A stretch of 62,820 bases of DNA, filler included, from Stramenopiles sp. TOSAG23-3 (GCA_900128585.1; 34 parts of 34 records of this genome joined end to end with filler, not necessarily neighbours in it); one strand, 5' to 3'; shown: positions 1 through 13,159, numbered from the whole stretch's first letter. Notes: a model not told the origin generated them from the sequence alone. Translations and numbers: made by a program.

Positions 1-2
1 GT

Positions 3-1202
3 CTTTGCCGATGCGGTGACGTTACCCATTTACAAAGCAAACTTGCTTTGTCCGCTATAGTCGCTCTGCTGGCCTACACACTGGGTTTTCCTGTTTGGGT
101 ATTGGCAATTATCAGATGGCCTGGAAACAAAAAAAGTATAAAGATTGACCAAATATTGCGGGCGCGAAATGTAACAGACCAAGTGGTCCTTGACTGTTCA
201 AAGGACGCGCACAGAATGCGTGTTCGATACCACAAAATGTATTACCACTTCAAACCTGGCAAGACGTATTGGATATTGTATATCCTTTTAAGAAAAGCTG
301 GTATCGCATTTGCTGGCCTGATGTTCCGGACGCAACCTGGATTTCAAATGGCTGTAATGTTATTGATATTGTTCGTAGCATTTGTTTTACAAGTCAAACA
401 CCAACCTTATATGAGTACGGCACAGCGCGAGTTGGTGCTGGCCGAGCACAAACAAAAAGTTAAGGAGGGCGTTGCTCTCCATAAGAATATTAATGACAAA
501 GTAAAACGGTTCCTTGATGGGGACAGCAATTCGATAAGGGGAAAGAAGAAAAAGAATCTACATTTACATTCCATACAACACGCAGCCTCGAGCCGGAACG
601 TTAAAAACACTGATGCAGGAACGAAGCGGCAGTACTTCTTTGACTACAACACTGTTGAGCAAGTCTTGCTGGCTTGTGCAATTCTAGTCTGCCTAACAGG
701 TGTGATGTTTGAGAGCGATCGTTTTCAAGAATCAGACAATCGTGCTTTGGTCCAAGATCGGTATGGATGGCAAAGGGAATTGATAACATACGTGGCAATA
801 TTTATTGTAATTTTTAGCTTGATGTATTACTGCTTGGTTTTGGTTTCGGAAATATTTGGAATTGCACCCAAGTTTTTGGTGCGGTATTTTGGAGACCGAC
901 AAAAAGCAAATGCTCCAAGCATTGCAATGTTAGATGAAGGGCAAAGGAGTGATAGTATCATTTTGAGCACTAACCCCATTCAAAACGATACGGCAACAAA
1001 AGCAAAACTCTTAGCCCTGCAAAAACAACTCAATTCCCAAAACCAACAAATGATAGAATTGAGCAGCATGAACAGAACGCTTGTGAACGAGAAACGGGGT
1101 GTGAAGAAAGAGGCTGGCAAAACGAAACGAGGAGGAGGGCGAGGAGCTGCAGCGAAGAAGAAGGCTGGCAAAAAGGTGTTTGGGCAAACAACTTTTCAGT
1201 AA
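3..1202 (+). CDS. C-terminal multi-pass transmembrane region of a large membrane protein (5' partial)
   Basis: Frame open from position 3. Several hydrophobic helices, YW-type loop, HQPY motif, then coiled coil and basic tail. Confidence 0.7.
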   Translation, partial: LCRCGDVTHLQSKLALSAIVALLAYTLGFPVWVLAIIRWPGNKKSIKIDQILRARNVTDQVVLDCSKDAHRMRVRYHKMYYHFKPGKTYWILYILLRKAGIAFAGLMFRTQPGFQMAVMLLILFVAFVLQVKHQPYMSTAQRELVLAEHKQKVKEGVALHKNINDKVKRFLDGDSNSIRGKKKKNLHLHSIQHAASSRNVKNTDAGTKRQYFFDYNTVEQVLLACAILVCLTGVMFESDRFQESDNRALVQDRYGWQRELITYVAIFIVIFSLMYYCLVLVSEIFGIAPKFLVRYFGDRQKANAPSIAMLDEGQRSDSIILSTNPIQNDTATKAKLLALQKQLNSQNQQMIELSSMNRTLVNEKRGVKKEAGKTKRGGGRGAAAKKKAGKKVFGQTTFQ

Positions 1203-1763
1203 ACAAGATAAGAAAAGGCAAAAGGCCGGGAAAGGGTGAAGATCAAAGAAAAATAAGACAATGGCTATAATTCAAAGAAAATAAAAAATGCCCCGGTTTG
1301 AAGTATATCTCATATTCAAATTACTTAAATAACAGACGACAGTTTTTTGTTTAAAAAGTATTTTATTATTTAAAAAAAAAACAATTACTATGATACTAAT
1401 AATTTCATTTTGCGGAATGATAATTTTTAACCTTTTTTAAAATCAAACCTTTTTTGATTGGTGGTATAACATCAAATTTAACCTTGATTGGTTTAACATC
1501 AAATTGGAACAGTTTTTAATTATAGTCCAGACTAAGTGACAAGGGTATATCGATTAGTAAAACCACAAGAGCAAAGATAAGTTCGCAGCACATGAAGGAA
1601 TGAAAAACTCCAATTTTTAGTAGATTTCAGTTCGTAGTACAGTTCAGTTCGCAGTACATAAATTTTAATTACTATAATAAATAAAAAAACAAGAAAATTG
1701 GCTGTTATTTAAGTAATTAAATTTAGCGTCCTCATACCCTAATCCTAACTTGGTTCTGTAGTT

Positions 1764-1863
1764 NNNNNNNNNNNNNNNNNNNNNNNNNNNNNNNNNNNNN
1801 NNNNNNNTTAATTAATTAANNNNNNNNNNNNNNNNNNNNNNNNNNNNNNNNNNNNNNNNNNNN
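1764..1863. other. Artificial contig-joining spacer N44-TTAATTAATTAA-N44 (first of 33, recurring about every 1.85 kb)
   Basis: Identical 100-nt block with stops in all six frames. Contig lengths fall monotonically (1762, 1761, 1760, 1759...), i.e. size-sorted concatenation. Confidence 0.98.
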
Positions 1864-2169
1864 ACAACAACAACAAAACACCAATACATTATTAAACAAC
1901 AACACCGATGATGAAGAATGAATGAAGAAGAAGAAGAAAGAGAAAAAACAGGAAAAAAAGCCACAACACACACAGCAGAGAAGAGAGGAGATAAGAGTCA
2001 GAGTTTTTCTGTGTGGTTATAATTTTATAAGATATAAATAGTACAGTATAATTATATTATACATCAACACACCACCATTATTCTTATTTTTTGTTGAGAA
2101 GAAGATTCGAACTTTTTTTGCTTTTTTTTTTAAATAATAATATGGTACCCCGGTAACGAATATTGCACA

Positions 2170-3501
2170 ATGATAATCAATAATTTGTTTCAACGAAAAA
2201 AGTGTTACGAGAAAAGTGGTTGGTTGAAGAAGCAATATAGAGTTAGACACGTTGCGATGATGAGTAGTGATTCAACGAACCATCTGTCCGAGGCCATTGC
2301 CAAGCAATTCAAAGGAACCCGTGAGGACACATCAGACTTTTCGAATATACTGGGCATTGTAGAAGAGGATGAAGCGGTTTGCAGAACGAGCAAATGGCGG
2401 CAGCCAATTGTTTCGCAAAAAGACAAATTTGGTCGAATTCCATTGCATTATGCATTAATTTATCATGCAAACCTTAAGGTGGTAAAAAGGCTTCATGAAT
2501 CTTGGCCGGAGTCAATCTCTGTTACGGACCGTTGGGGAGATTTAAAAATACACACTGCCATTAGAAGGAAATGCTCGCTTGGCATCGTCGAATACTTGGC
2601 AGTGCACAACTACGATTCTTTGGACGCAGAGGACTGCCAAGGGCTTTTGCCGTTACACATTGCCCTGCAAACAAAAGCCGCGGTGACAATTGTTCGCTAC
2701 CTCATCGATTGTTTTCCTGCTAGCGTTGGCAGACCGATGAAGCCGCTCGGATGGCTTCCATTAAGTTACTCTTTGAAACATTTGGTGGAGCATTTGAGTT
2801 CTAAACTATTTGTCAAATTAATAGAGCATACGCCGCGTCATTTGATAAATACGCGGCGGGATCCCGAGCAGACATTACCCATACAGCGCTTGTTCATGCA
2901 GACGCCGCTGTGGACAGAAGAGAAGCAAGTCACCGTGTTGGAACATTTAATAGGAGATTACGATGGTTGGGACCAGCACGGCGAAGATTTGTTTGGAAGA
3001 AGTCTGATGCATTTGGCCGCGCTTTACAAGTGCTCGGAGGGTGTGGTCGCTCTCATCTTACAAATTGCACCCAAGACGATCATGGAGCGGGACAAGGACG
3101 GGCGACTTCCACTTCACGTGGCGATCCAGCGCCGTGCCCCCTTGAAGAGCATTTTGCTCCTGTTGGAGGCGTACCCAAACAGCGCAAAAATAAGCTGTGG
3201 ACTTTCTACATTGCTCCCAATCGAGCTTGTGGCACGGTACGACACGTCGTACTCACCGATAATTTACAACAAATTAATCGAGTTGAACGGAAGGGATGCC
3301 ACTGTGGTGTCTGAATTGCTTTCGATGACCCACAAACCGTTCCGGACGAACGAGCACGAAGCGTATGCCAAAGAGAAAGGCCACAGTGGGGTAAGTTTTG
3401 AAGCTGGACAGCGCATTCATTTTCAAAAACAAGTGTCCGAATCGGTTTTACCTCAACATTTGGAATCCTTTAAATCCTACGTGTCAAAATGGAGGCAATA
3501 A
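2170..3501 (+). CDS. Ankyrin-repeat protein
   Basis: Repeated GRIPLHYA / GLLPLHIA / GRSLMHLA / GRLPLHVA motifs. Start may be the MMSS at 2257. Confidence 0.85.
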   Translation: MIINNLFQRKKCYEKSGWLKKQYRVRHVAMMSSDSTNHLSEAIAKQFKGTREDTSDFSNILGIVEEDEAVCRTSKWRQPIVSQKDKFGRIPLHYALIYHANLKVVKRLHESWPESISVTDRWGDLKIHTAIRRKCSLGIVEYLAVHNYDSLDAEDCQGLLPLHIALQTKAAVTIVRYLIDCFPASVGRPMKPLGWLPLSYSLKHLVEHLSSKLFVKLIEHTPRHLINTRRDPEQTLPIQRLFMQTPLWTEEKQVTVLEHLIGDYDGWDQHGEDLFGRSLMHLAALYKCSEGVVALILQIAPKTIMERDKDGRLPLHVAIQRRAPLKSILLLLEAYPNSAKISCGLSTLLPIELVARYDTSYSPIIYNKLIELNGRDATVVSELLSMTHKPFRTNEHEAYAKEKGHSGVSFEAGQRIHFQKQVSESVLPQHLESFKSYVSKWRQ

Positions 3502-3725
3502 TAAAAAAATTTAAAAAAATATATTATTTACAGGGCAGACAACGATCACCTCTAAAACAATTACGCCGCTGCTTTGAAAATCTCACAGGGAATGAGTCAT
3601 CTATGAGTGAGACACCGGATGAGGANNNNNNNNNNNNNNNNNNNNNNNNNNNNNNNNNNNNNNNNNNNNTTAATTAATTAANNNNNNNNNNNNNNNNNNN
3701 NNNNNNNNNNNNNNNNNNNNNNNNN

Positions 3726-3865
3726 GGCGCAGGCAGCGACTGCTTGCTGATCCACGAGTGAGTGTACTTGAACCGAATCCCAGAGTCGGAATTGGGCCCT
3801 GCCGCCGATGCTATCGGGGAAAGCGAACATAACAGTACGATTGTCAGCGTTCTTAAAACACTCAT
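3726..3865 (-). CDS. N-terminus of a putative secreted protein (3' truncated)
   Basis: ATG, then signal-peptide-like MSVLRTLTIVLLCSLSPIASA; runs into the spacer. Confidence 0.5.
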
Positions 3866-4472
3866 TTTAACTAAGAAGAAAGTGTGGTGTTTTGATTACG
3901 CTGGGACTTCGACAGCACACGTTGAGCTAGAAGATGGTTGTTCTGTTTGTTCGTGCGTAGTGTTTGCTTTGAAAGTTTTGAAAACAGTTTGATCTAAGGC
4001 GTTTTTTGGTAGAACGATTTGTTATTTTTCTATTTTAAAATGCAAACAGTACCCCGAACCCCTCAGCACTCCCTACGTGCGCTTGTACGAACACGTAGTG
4101 AGTCTTGTCTGTCTTTCTGTCTGTCTGTCTGTCTTGTTTGTAGAAAATAAGTATTGTAGTACTTTTTTTTTTATATTTTATATTATTTTTTTATTATTGG
4201 TTGTCATCGCTTTTATTTTATATCACTATGGTGTGTTATGTATGTATATAATTTAAAATTATAAATTAATTTTCATTTCATCATCATCATCATTTTTTTT
4301 GTGGTAGTGCTGCAATGAATTACCAAGTAGCACACAGCAAGAGAAAAGAACAGATTAGAGAAGAAGAACGAAAAAAGAAGAAGAAAAAAAAAAGAAAATG
4401 GAACAACAACAATATTGGAAAAATATATAAATAAATAGAACGACTCAATTCTAAAATTATAGAAGAAATAGA

Positions 4473-4677
4473 TGAAGAAAGAAGAAAGAAGAAGAAAGAA
4501 GAAGATAAAAGAAGAAGAAGAAGAAAGAAGAAGAAGAAGAAAAAGAAGAAGAAAGAAGAAGAAGAAAGAAGAAGAAGAAGAAGATAGAAGAAGATAAAAG
4601 AAGAAGAAAGAAGAAGAAGAAGAAGAAAGAAGAAGAAGAAGAATTAAATAAAAAAAGAAGAAAGAAGAAAGAAGAAG
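4473..4677 (+). repeat. Imperfect (GAA)n microsatellite between divergent genes
   Basis: Direct reading of GAA/GAAA tracts. Confidence 0.9.
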
Positions 4678-5112
4678 TTTAAATTAAATCGTCTTTTAAT
4701 TTATAGATAGGTAAATGATTAATGGTTTTAATACAAATATATATATACTAATATTAAATATAGAAAGATAATACTATTTCCTTATAATTATATATTGTAC
4801 ATTTATATTCTCGTCTAAAAAAAAAGATATTTTTATTATTTTTTATTTTTTATTCTTCTTCTCTTCTTCTCTCCTCTCCTCCTTCTTCCCAAAATTCATT
4901 CTTCACATTCCCCACACATTATTCTAGCTGTATAGAATCCAATGATGAAATATATATGTGTATAGTATAATACAAAAGAGAGGGAGCGTTGTTTGGATTT
5001 TGTCGATTGTTAAGCTTCGATTCGGAATGTTTCTTTTCGTTTTATCGTATTTCAATTCACTGAATAGTTTAAGTTGTTTTATTTAAGGCCGGGTTGACTG
5101 TTGTTCACGAGG

Positions 5113-5486
5113 ATGTTGACGTGGAAGCGGTTCTCGTTCTTCAACAAAGAAGTGCTCCAAGCGCCGGAGGTCAAGCAGCTCGACGTTACCACGGTTGCGG
5201 CGGGGCATGGGTTTGTTTTCTTAGGGGACGGGGAGGGCGGAATCACCACCATGGTCAACAATTTTGTGGAGAGGAAGTTTGCGTTTTCGACCTTCAGGGC
5301 GTACGACCAGCGGGTGACCCACCTTCAGGTCTTGCAAAAGACGCTGTTGGTTAGCATAGGGGACGGCGTGGACGCACGCGCCGAGGGGGAGAGGGCGTTG
5401 GCGCGAAAATTTGTACAGCTGCATTCCAAAGGGGGCGGGCAGGGGCAGGACAGTGGGGGCTACGATAGGTACGAGCGGGGGGGGGG
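5113..5486 (+). CDS. VPS11: Vacuolar protein sorting 11 (HOPS/CORVET), N-terminal fragment
   Basis: N-terminus MLTWKRFSFF, GDxEG, and F.AY..V.HL...LVSIGD match the Vps11 beta-propeller start. Confidence 0.8.
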
Positions 5487-5758
5487 NNNNNNNNNNNNNN
5501 NNNNNNNNNNNNNNNNNNNNNNNNNNNNNNTTAATTAATTAANNNNNNNNNNNNNNNNNNNNNNNNNNNNNNNNNNNNNNNNNNNNTGGATTTGAGTATA
5601 GATAGATAGTGTCCATGTATAGAATGTACGCGATTAAATGTTGTAAAAAATATAGACAAACGCACAGACACATACGTATACGCACAACATTTAACTAGAT
5701 ATTTTCGTTTGTTAGTTTGTGGGTATTACGGGAGAAAGTATTCAACACGTTCGTCAAA

Positions 5759-7346
5759 ATGTCGAGACGAAACTATGGAAGAGTAAAGTCAAGGATTGCC
5801 CAAGGGCACCAGGTAGAGTCAAAAAAATCGAAAGAAAAGAAATGGAAAAGGAAGTCGTTGATCAAAATGAAAATGCGAGACGAGGAAATGAAGTCGGATG
5901 GAGCTTCCCAGGGCTCCTCGTATAAAGTTGAGCCCAATGTCAAGGAGGCGGTGCGGCAGTTTTTGCACGCGTTGGAACAACGAAAGTCATTGTACGGACA
6001 CAATATCGACGTCAACGACTTGACATCAGTCTTCTTGGCCTTTGATCGTGATGGGGAAGGTACGCTGGACGCCACAGAGTTCGAAGAAGGTTTGAAACGG
6101 CTCGGCGCGAACATCCCATTGGCACATTTAAACGCCATCTACGCAACGCTGGGACAGGACAGGAGCCAAGACATCCAATACAGCAAGTTTGCCAAGCTTG
6201 TCCAGACTGTAAAAGCTGAAATCGACGCGGAGGTGACCCTCAGAAGCGACTACCGCGGGGTGTTCGCCGGGGAACGGTCAAGCGGGCGCAAATGGCAAGT
6301 CCTGTTCACCCCACCTCCGGCCCTCTCATTTGGCTTAGCAAAACCCAAGCCCATGTTTGTCGGGCACTTCGACGACGAGGTAGCCGCGGCGATGGCATAC
6401 GACCGGACTGTCGTCGAGCGGTTGGGCCCAATCGACGGGGCCGATTACGTCAACTTTCGGGAGTCTGTGACGAGAGACTGGACGACCGAGGAGAACTTGA
6501 AGATGGAGCGAGAGCGCGACCGGCGCCGAAAAGCAATCGAACGATCAAAGGGGGCCGTGCTGTTTGCCGTCGGGAAAGCCATTGCGTCGAACAGGACGCT
6601 GTATGGCCATACACTGAACAATGTGCGCGAGATGTTCACGACGATTGACGCCGACGGTTCCGGGTCAATTGACGCCAGCGAGCTTGGCGAAGCCCTGGAA
6701 AGGCTAGGGTTGAATTTGTCGAAGAAGCAAATCAGTGACTTAGTAAACCTGATGGACATCGATCAGAATGGCTGCATTGACTTTGAAGAGTTCGCAACTG
6801 CAATGCGCCAAGGAAAGCGAGAGTACGCAGATTCCCTGAAACGGCTTCGTGGGACCAGTGTACAAAGTTTGTTGAAGAAAAAGAAGCGGCTCCTGAAGTC
6901 GCCGGCCACGCGCACGGAGCGTCTCAATGGTTGGAACAATTCGACGAGGGTGCCCTTAGATGTTGAATGGAGCGAACTTGCCTTGCCCCTGTCCAACTTG
7001 GTGCAGTCTGATGGGACAATAATTAGGCCAAACAGCAAAAACCAGCCCTCGTCGCCCTTGGACGCTACTGCCAAGGCCCGAACGACGCCACGCCCACCGT
7101 CGTCTCGCCGGAAACAATCTAGTCTCAAGAGCAACAGGCGCCGCCCACAAACTTCCCCCAACTTGTCTCGAAGAAACCAGTCTCCGGCTATGGTGCCCGT
7201 TTCCCCGATGAGTGGCAGCCGCACGCGACCATCATCTCCTGAGTGGAACCACCGTTTCAGCGCGAGGGATGTGACGGATCCCGGCTTTGTAACTGGCGAC
7301 GAGACGCTGTTGCTGAGCCTCAGTCCGAGCTTGCAGCAGAACATGA
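5759..7346 (+). CDS. EF-hand protein with embedded AP2-like domain (3' truncated)
   Basis: EF loops DRDGEGTLDATEF, DADGSGSIDASEL, DIDQNGCIDFEEF. AP2 signature YRGV...KW...VGHFDDEVAAAMAYD...NF at about 6245-6457. Confidence 0.8.
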
Positions 7347-7446
7347 NNNNNNNNNNNNNNNNNNNNNNNNNNNNNNNNNNNNNNNNNNNNTTAATTAATT
7401 AANNNNNNNNNNNNNNNNNNNNNNNNNNNNNNNNNNNNNNNNNNNN

Positions 7447-9203
7447 TGTACGTTCTGTAAATTATTATCCATGCCATGGACTCTTCGCTGAAGCAGTGAA
7501 TCTGTACTGGCATCGTGCAGAGCATAATTAAATTTCCAGGTCCGTGCAGCATTGTAAACCACTGGATATTGCATTTCTGCAGAAATTTTTATATTCTTCG
7601 TGACAAAAAACGGTTTTGCGTCTCCCTCGATAATTTTTGATATATTGCCATAAGAGCCGTTACGACCTCCAACGTAGATCTCGGCGTTCTTGGCGTCAAT
7701 GTGTACTTTAGATTCGCATCCTGACTCATCTACAGCGTAATAGGGCATTTCATAAGTGATTCTAGAACCTTCTTGAAGAACAATTTCGACCCAATTTAAT
7801 TCTTTCCCGGTAGCAATCGCTTCGCCCAATGGACCGCTTTTGAGTTGTTTCATAGTAATACTTTCTTTCACGGAGTTGCGCTTTCTTCCCGTGCGCTTCT
7901 TGATTGAACTGCCATTAAGATGTTTGCCATCCTCATATGGCCTAGAAGAAGGACCTGTTGTTGATAAGGGGACCATTTCGATACCGCTACCCGGCTGTGA
8001 CTCAGAGAGTCTAGCACTGTCGGAGCTAACTGGCTTTGTGTCATCAGTTTTTGTGCCCTTGTCTGGAGAGCGAGTTAACTTTTCACCCGGTTCATTTATA
8101 TCAAGTGACCTTGGTCCACCAGCCAAATCATGAAGACTCTGCTTTCGATACGGAACTCGTATTGTTGACTTGTAGTGAAAATAAAACTCTATTTTAAGAG
8201 AGGTGTTTTGCCTATAGTCGCCATGACTTGGCACGTAGCGAAGTAAATCTTGATAGTTAGTCGGAAAAAAATGTTCCATAAAAAGGACCCTTTGTCTATC
8301 TGCCCACGCCCCGTAAGAAAACAACGCACCATTCCCTTCTCCAGATATATCAACTTCAATTTTATGAAGTGGTGCCGGCAAATTTTTCGTAGAATACTTC
8401 AACAAAATGTGCCGATTTTGCATGGTGTCGTCTTCGCGCGTAAATCCAGTGTAATAGTTGTCCTCGTAACCTTCGGGGTCCGGCTCACCATCCCATATAC
8501 CCGGATATTCTTCTAAAGTATTGCTTTTGTTCACATGTTTGCCATACGTATTTTCTACGTCACTGCTTGCGTTTCGTGGGTTGTCATTTGTGCTACTGGT
8601 TGATTTGGCTGCCAGCATAACAAAACCTGGATGGTCAAATATATGTTTAATCGTAAGCCGAGAACATTGAAACAACTGTGGCTCTACTTTTCTTCCCTTC
8701 GTACCGTTATTTAGTCTAAAGCGAGACTGACTCCGAGTTGATTTTGCGTATGTGGCTGTGCCATTGCCCACTTGATTTTCCATCGCCGCTGCATACTCTT
8801 CGTCTGCACCGCTAGCGATGCGCCTATCATTTACGTTGTAACCGCCTTGTTTCAATCGGAATGTGCGCTTTTGTTCCTCTTCTGCGTCAATAATATTTTC
8901 GTATTCACTATTGGGTAACATTTCTTCAATCTCATGGACGTCCATCAGGTCTTCGTCGATGTTCCCGTGTATGTCTAAAACTACATGGCTTTGTTTTTCC
9001 AACTTTTGGGGCTCACCGTTTTCTTCCGGTTCATTTTCAGCGTCAGAATCATTTTCAGAATCTGAAGATGAAAGATTGTCCTTTGCCTCCCTTCTTCCAT
9101 CACCAGAGGCTTGATCCGGCGATGTTTTCCGTGCATTGTGAACATGCTCTCTGCCAACAATATCTACTAAATTATCGGCAACAATGTCTGTTGCATCTTT
9201 CAT
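7447..9203 (-). CDS. BLTP1: Bridge-like lipid transfer protein 1 (KIAA1109/Csf1/Tweek family), internal fragment
   Basis: YGAWADRQRVLFMEHFFPTNY matches the conserved YGPWADRQR...FFPxxY motif; later YP..YNA.RTW.F. Confidence 0.75.
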
Positions 9204-9305
9204 AGNNNNNNNNNNNNNNNNNNNNNNNNNNNNNNNNNNNNNNNNNNNNTTAATTAATTAANNNNNNNNNNNNNNNNNNNNNNNNNNNNNNNNNNNNNNN
9301 NNNNN

Positions 9306-10111
9306 ATCAAGGAAATCGTATCCAAGGGAATGCTTGCCAGCATGTCACACCAAAAATACTTCGATTTTAAATATATGTCGCGAACAACTTGGCGGCTCCA
9401 AATGTACTCCGTATCGCCATTTTCTTTATCTCTATGGACAGCTCGACGGCTCTGGACAAACAGGTCTAATAGGAACATGATTTCGATGCAGACTTCAAAA
9501 AAATGTATTTCCGGAGCTTTCGGAGGGTGACCAAAGGTCCATTCGAGAGGGGCAGAAAACAAGTTGTACAGGACCAACGTGACCAAAATATTCGCCCAGT
9601 ACCGGTCAAACGGGCAGAACGGAAGCAAAACAAAACGTGGAAGTTTATGAAAGCTTCGGTGAGTGTCGGCCCCAAAAAGCCAACAATAAAATTTGTATCC
9701 GTAGTGTTTGATTTTGTCGTACTTGGTATGTAAGTTCTTGGTCTCATGCTCTATGTTTGCAACTCGTTTTAGTGCGTCAATAACGAACGCAGTCTTTGCG
9801 TCAAGCACTTCGTTCATCGTCTTTGTATGCTGCACCAGACGATTCGTGCCCTGACCAATGCCCTTACTAATAGACTTCACACCGAAAACAGCACCGCTGC
9901 CTAACAATTTGCCACCTTTTACAATACCTTTGCCGACAGCCTTGCCACCTTTTACAATACCTTTGCCCGCAGCCTTGGCAGTAGCACTCCCGGCAGCCTT
10001 GGCACGATCTTTCGCATTCTTGCCGTTTTTGGCCGGGCGTACATCGTCACCGTACCGCATCTCCCCATGGTAGTCCAGGAGTGGCATCGGAGAGGAAGAT
10101 GAGTCGGACAT
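9306..10111 (-). CDS. Cyclic-nucleotide-regulated / KCNH-like cation channel, N-terminus and S1-S3 (3' truncated)
   Basis: P..PF..YW..ILV.LVLYN.F..P, E...EIMF.LD, YLKS.YFW.D.LASIPLD are S1-S3 signatures. Confidence 0.8.
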
Positions 10112-11435
10112 AATCACTGTCAAATGCCAGCCAACCAAAATGCACTGTTTAAACAAGACAACGATGAAACAAATTATTCAAACAACCTTTCCGCTCCTTC
10201 CGAATAACGTAAATTATAGGTCCAATAATATGTATATATATATAGGATAAATAAATGTGAGTATGTGTACTATATATGAAACATTTTATAAGTTGAAGAA
10301 CCTCTTCTTCTATATAAAAATTCTTTAATAAAACTCGAAAGTACTACCGTACGTATTTTCTTCCTCGGCGGCTCGATGGCTCGATGACCTTTTCCCCTCC
10401 TTATCTTTATATTATACCTTTTTTTGTAAAACGAAGAAGGAATATGAAAATATTCTTCAGCAGTACGAAACGGACAAAAGAAAATTATAAATTTAGTTTA
10501 AATTATTATTATATTTATTATATCAAAATATGTAATAATAGGAGGAATATTAAGTACGGTACCTGTACGATACTATTGCTATGTTTACACACAGTACCAT
10601 AGAAGGAGTTATTTTAACACAAGGACAGGAGGAAATATAATACCTGTATAAAGAAGGTTTGGATATATGCAAAGGAATAAAAATAAAACCCCTTTTATTG
10701 ATCAAACGTTTGTTTTAATCGTTTAAAAAGTGTTTCGTTTTTTATAAGAATTTCTTTTTGCTTTTTTTCGATCCATTTTTTTTGTGCAATGGACTGGCGT
10801 GGAAAGAATCTAGGTATTGGCCGACATACTCTCCATTTGCATTCGGGGAGATGGGGCGCCGTGCCCATTGGGATGCACTCTGTGGAGTCCCTACGCCCTG
10901 CCACCCGTGTTGCCCTACCTGTGGCGTCTGCAGCGGCGGCACTCGCCCCCCCGTGAGGGACTGGGGTTATCGCCCGGACCCTGTGCGGAACTGGGGTTAT
11001 CGCCCGGCCTTCCGGGTGTGCTACTGCCAAGGCTGCGGGCAAAGGTATTGTAAAAGGTGGCAANNNNNNNNNNNNNNNNNNNNNNNNNNNNNNNNNNNNN
11101 NNNNNNNTTAATTAATTAANNNNNNNNNNNNNNNNNNNNNNNNNNNNNNNNNNNNNNNNNNNNCGATTTTTCATCGTTTTCTTTAATTCTTTAATTTAAA
11201 AAATAATGCCAACTTTAATGTATTCTACTCTAGCAAAGACTATAAAAAGAAAACCTAGCTCGGCAGTTATCCAGTTGTTCTGGTTTCCTCCTGTATAACT
11301 CAATTATTCTGAAAGCAACCATCTTTTCTCACGAAAATAGTTTATTCTTCTTCAAGAAATACAGATTCACCAATATAGAGCGTGACGCCCAAATACAATC
11401 TCTATTTTACACAATCGATACTGACAAAATTGACC

Positions 11436-12921
11436 ATGGCCCGCCATTTCTACTTTTTAATATTGTGTTTTGCTCTCGTGAGTTTAGCTAACGGCGATTG
11501 TCTGGAAGATAAAGAGCAATATGATAAGACGTTCAAGGCGATGTTTCCTGTGTGTACGGCAGAATGTATGGAGAAAAAACAGATATACGATAGAAACTTT
11601 AACGACTTATTCCCACGGTGTAAAGCTTCGAAAGAGAGTGAAATAAAACTGCCTGTTAAAAGTTTGGGCAGCAGTGTCAACAGGAGGCGTTTGGCAGAAC
11701 AACGGTATCGCCCGTGTACTCTTTATGATTATAAGGACATAACTAATGATGAAACCTCTTTCCGATGGAACTGCTCGGTTACATCAACAATAGTAATTGC
11801 ATCTGGAAAAACCGCGAAGCTGGCAGGTATGAAGTTACTCAATTATCGACCTGCGATTGACGGAGGATGGGATGGAACCTCAGGCGTCCAGCTCTTTCTT
11901 GTGGATGGGACACTTACCATCGAAAATCTAATATTAACTAATGGTCGAGCTGATCGAGCTGGAGCAATAAGGATCGCTAGTGGGTCGGTTTTTGTGAAAA
12001 ATAGTCTAATCACCGGAAATGGTGCTTCTGCTGCCTGTGCCGCAATCTCGATGCAATCTGATGGGAAATTACAAATTTCCAACTCTGTTGTGACGAACAA
12101 CGACGCAAGCGCAGGAAATTCTGCAATTTGCATAGAGAAGGGGGATGCTCTTATCTTCGACAGTATTATTTCTAGGAATAATGCACAAGGCGTTGAAATT
12201 CACAAACTTGCTAATGTCACTATTGTCGGCAGTAGATTCATAGAAAATACTGGACAGGACTTGTCGTTTCCGAATGGATCTTTCGTAGGCACCTTACAAA
12301 TGATAAACTATAATTCGCAAGGGTCAACCGTATTAAATCTACCTTCTTCCGAAACATGTGACTACTCCGAAACACTCTGCGAAAGCGCAGGATTACCTGG
12401 AAGCACGTGTACAGATCGCACACCTGCATCGCTAGGAGTTTGGTGCAATGCATCTACGTTGGTCCCGCGTATATCAAGCGTTGAAGCGATGAAGCTAACG
12501 GAGCGGGTTTGGATGAACAACTATGGTCTAATGATAACGGGTCTCTATTTTGATCAAACCGGTTCGACAACAAAAAATGTAACGATAGGAGGTGTTCTGT
12601 GTCTCCCTACCGAACCGTGGACCGCGACAAAAATTGTATGCACATTCACAGTGCCAAAAGGTACTGCAAAGAACCTAATTGTTACTGTTACCGCTTCGAA
12701 TGGCATGTCCATGAGGTGCGAAAAGAACTGGTGTCCTACAGTGGTCACAACCACGCACAGACTGGTGCCCTACGGACCAATGATCACGGACTTTTATCAC
12801 CCCGATCACTATAAAAGGCATGACGATGGATCTAATTATGAATTAGATCCAAAGGGTGGTGAACGATTTATTGTTTCGGGATCCTTTGGAGACTTACCTC
12901 CCTCGTTTGATCAACCGATTG
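11436..12921 (+). CDS. Secreted/surface protein with pectin-lyase-like beta-helix and IPT/TIG domain (3' truncated)
   Basis: Signal peptide, duplicated Cys module, RRRL site, GAI..N.A beta-helix repeats, then ITG..F...VTIGG..C...IVC TIG pattern. Confidence 0.7.
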
Positions 12922-13159
12922 NNNNNNNNNNNNNNNNNNNNNNNNNNNNNNNNNNNNNNNNNNNNTTAATTAATTAANNNNNNNNNNNNNNNNNNNNNNN
13001 NNNNNNNNNNNNNNNNNNNNNTAGATATATAGTTTATCCATAACTATTCGGAAGATGACTTCCGAAGTAGGTTCTGTTATAAGCTCTTCACCATTGGATA
13101 TAAATGGAGATAGTGTACTAGCATAAATAGATTCTTAAATAAATTCATATATTTTTACA

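Noticed and set aside
1737-1750. CCCTAATCCTAAC / TTAGGG as telomeric sequence
   Set aside because: Only one or two imperfect units, part of the interspersed repeat module.
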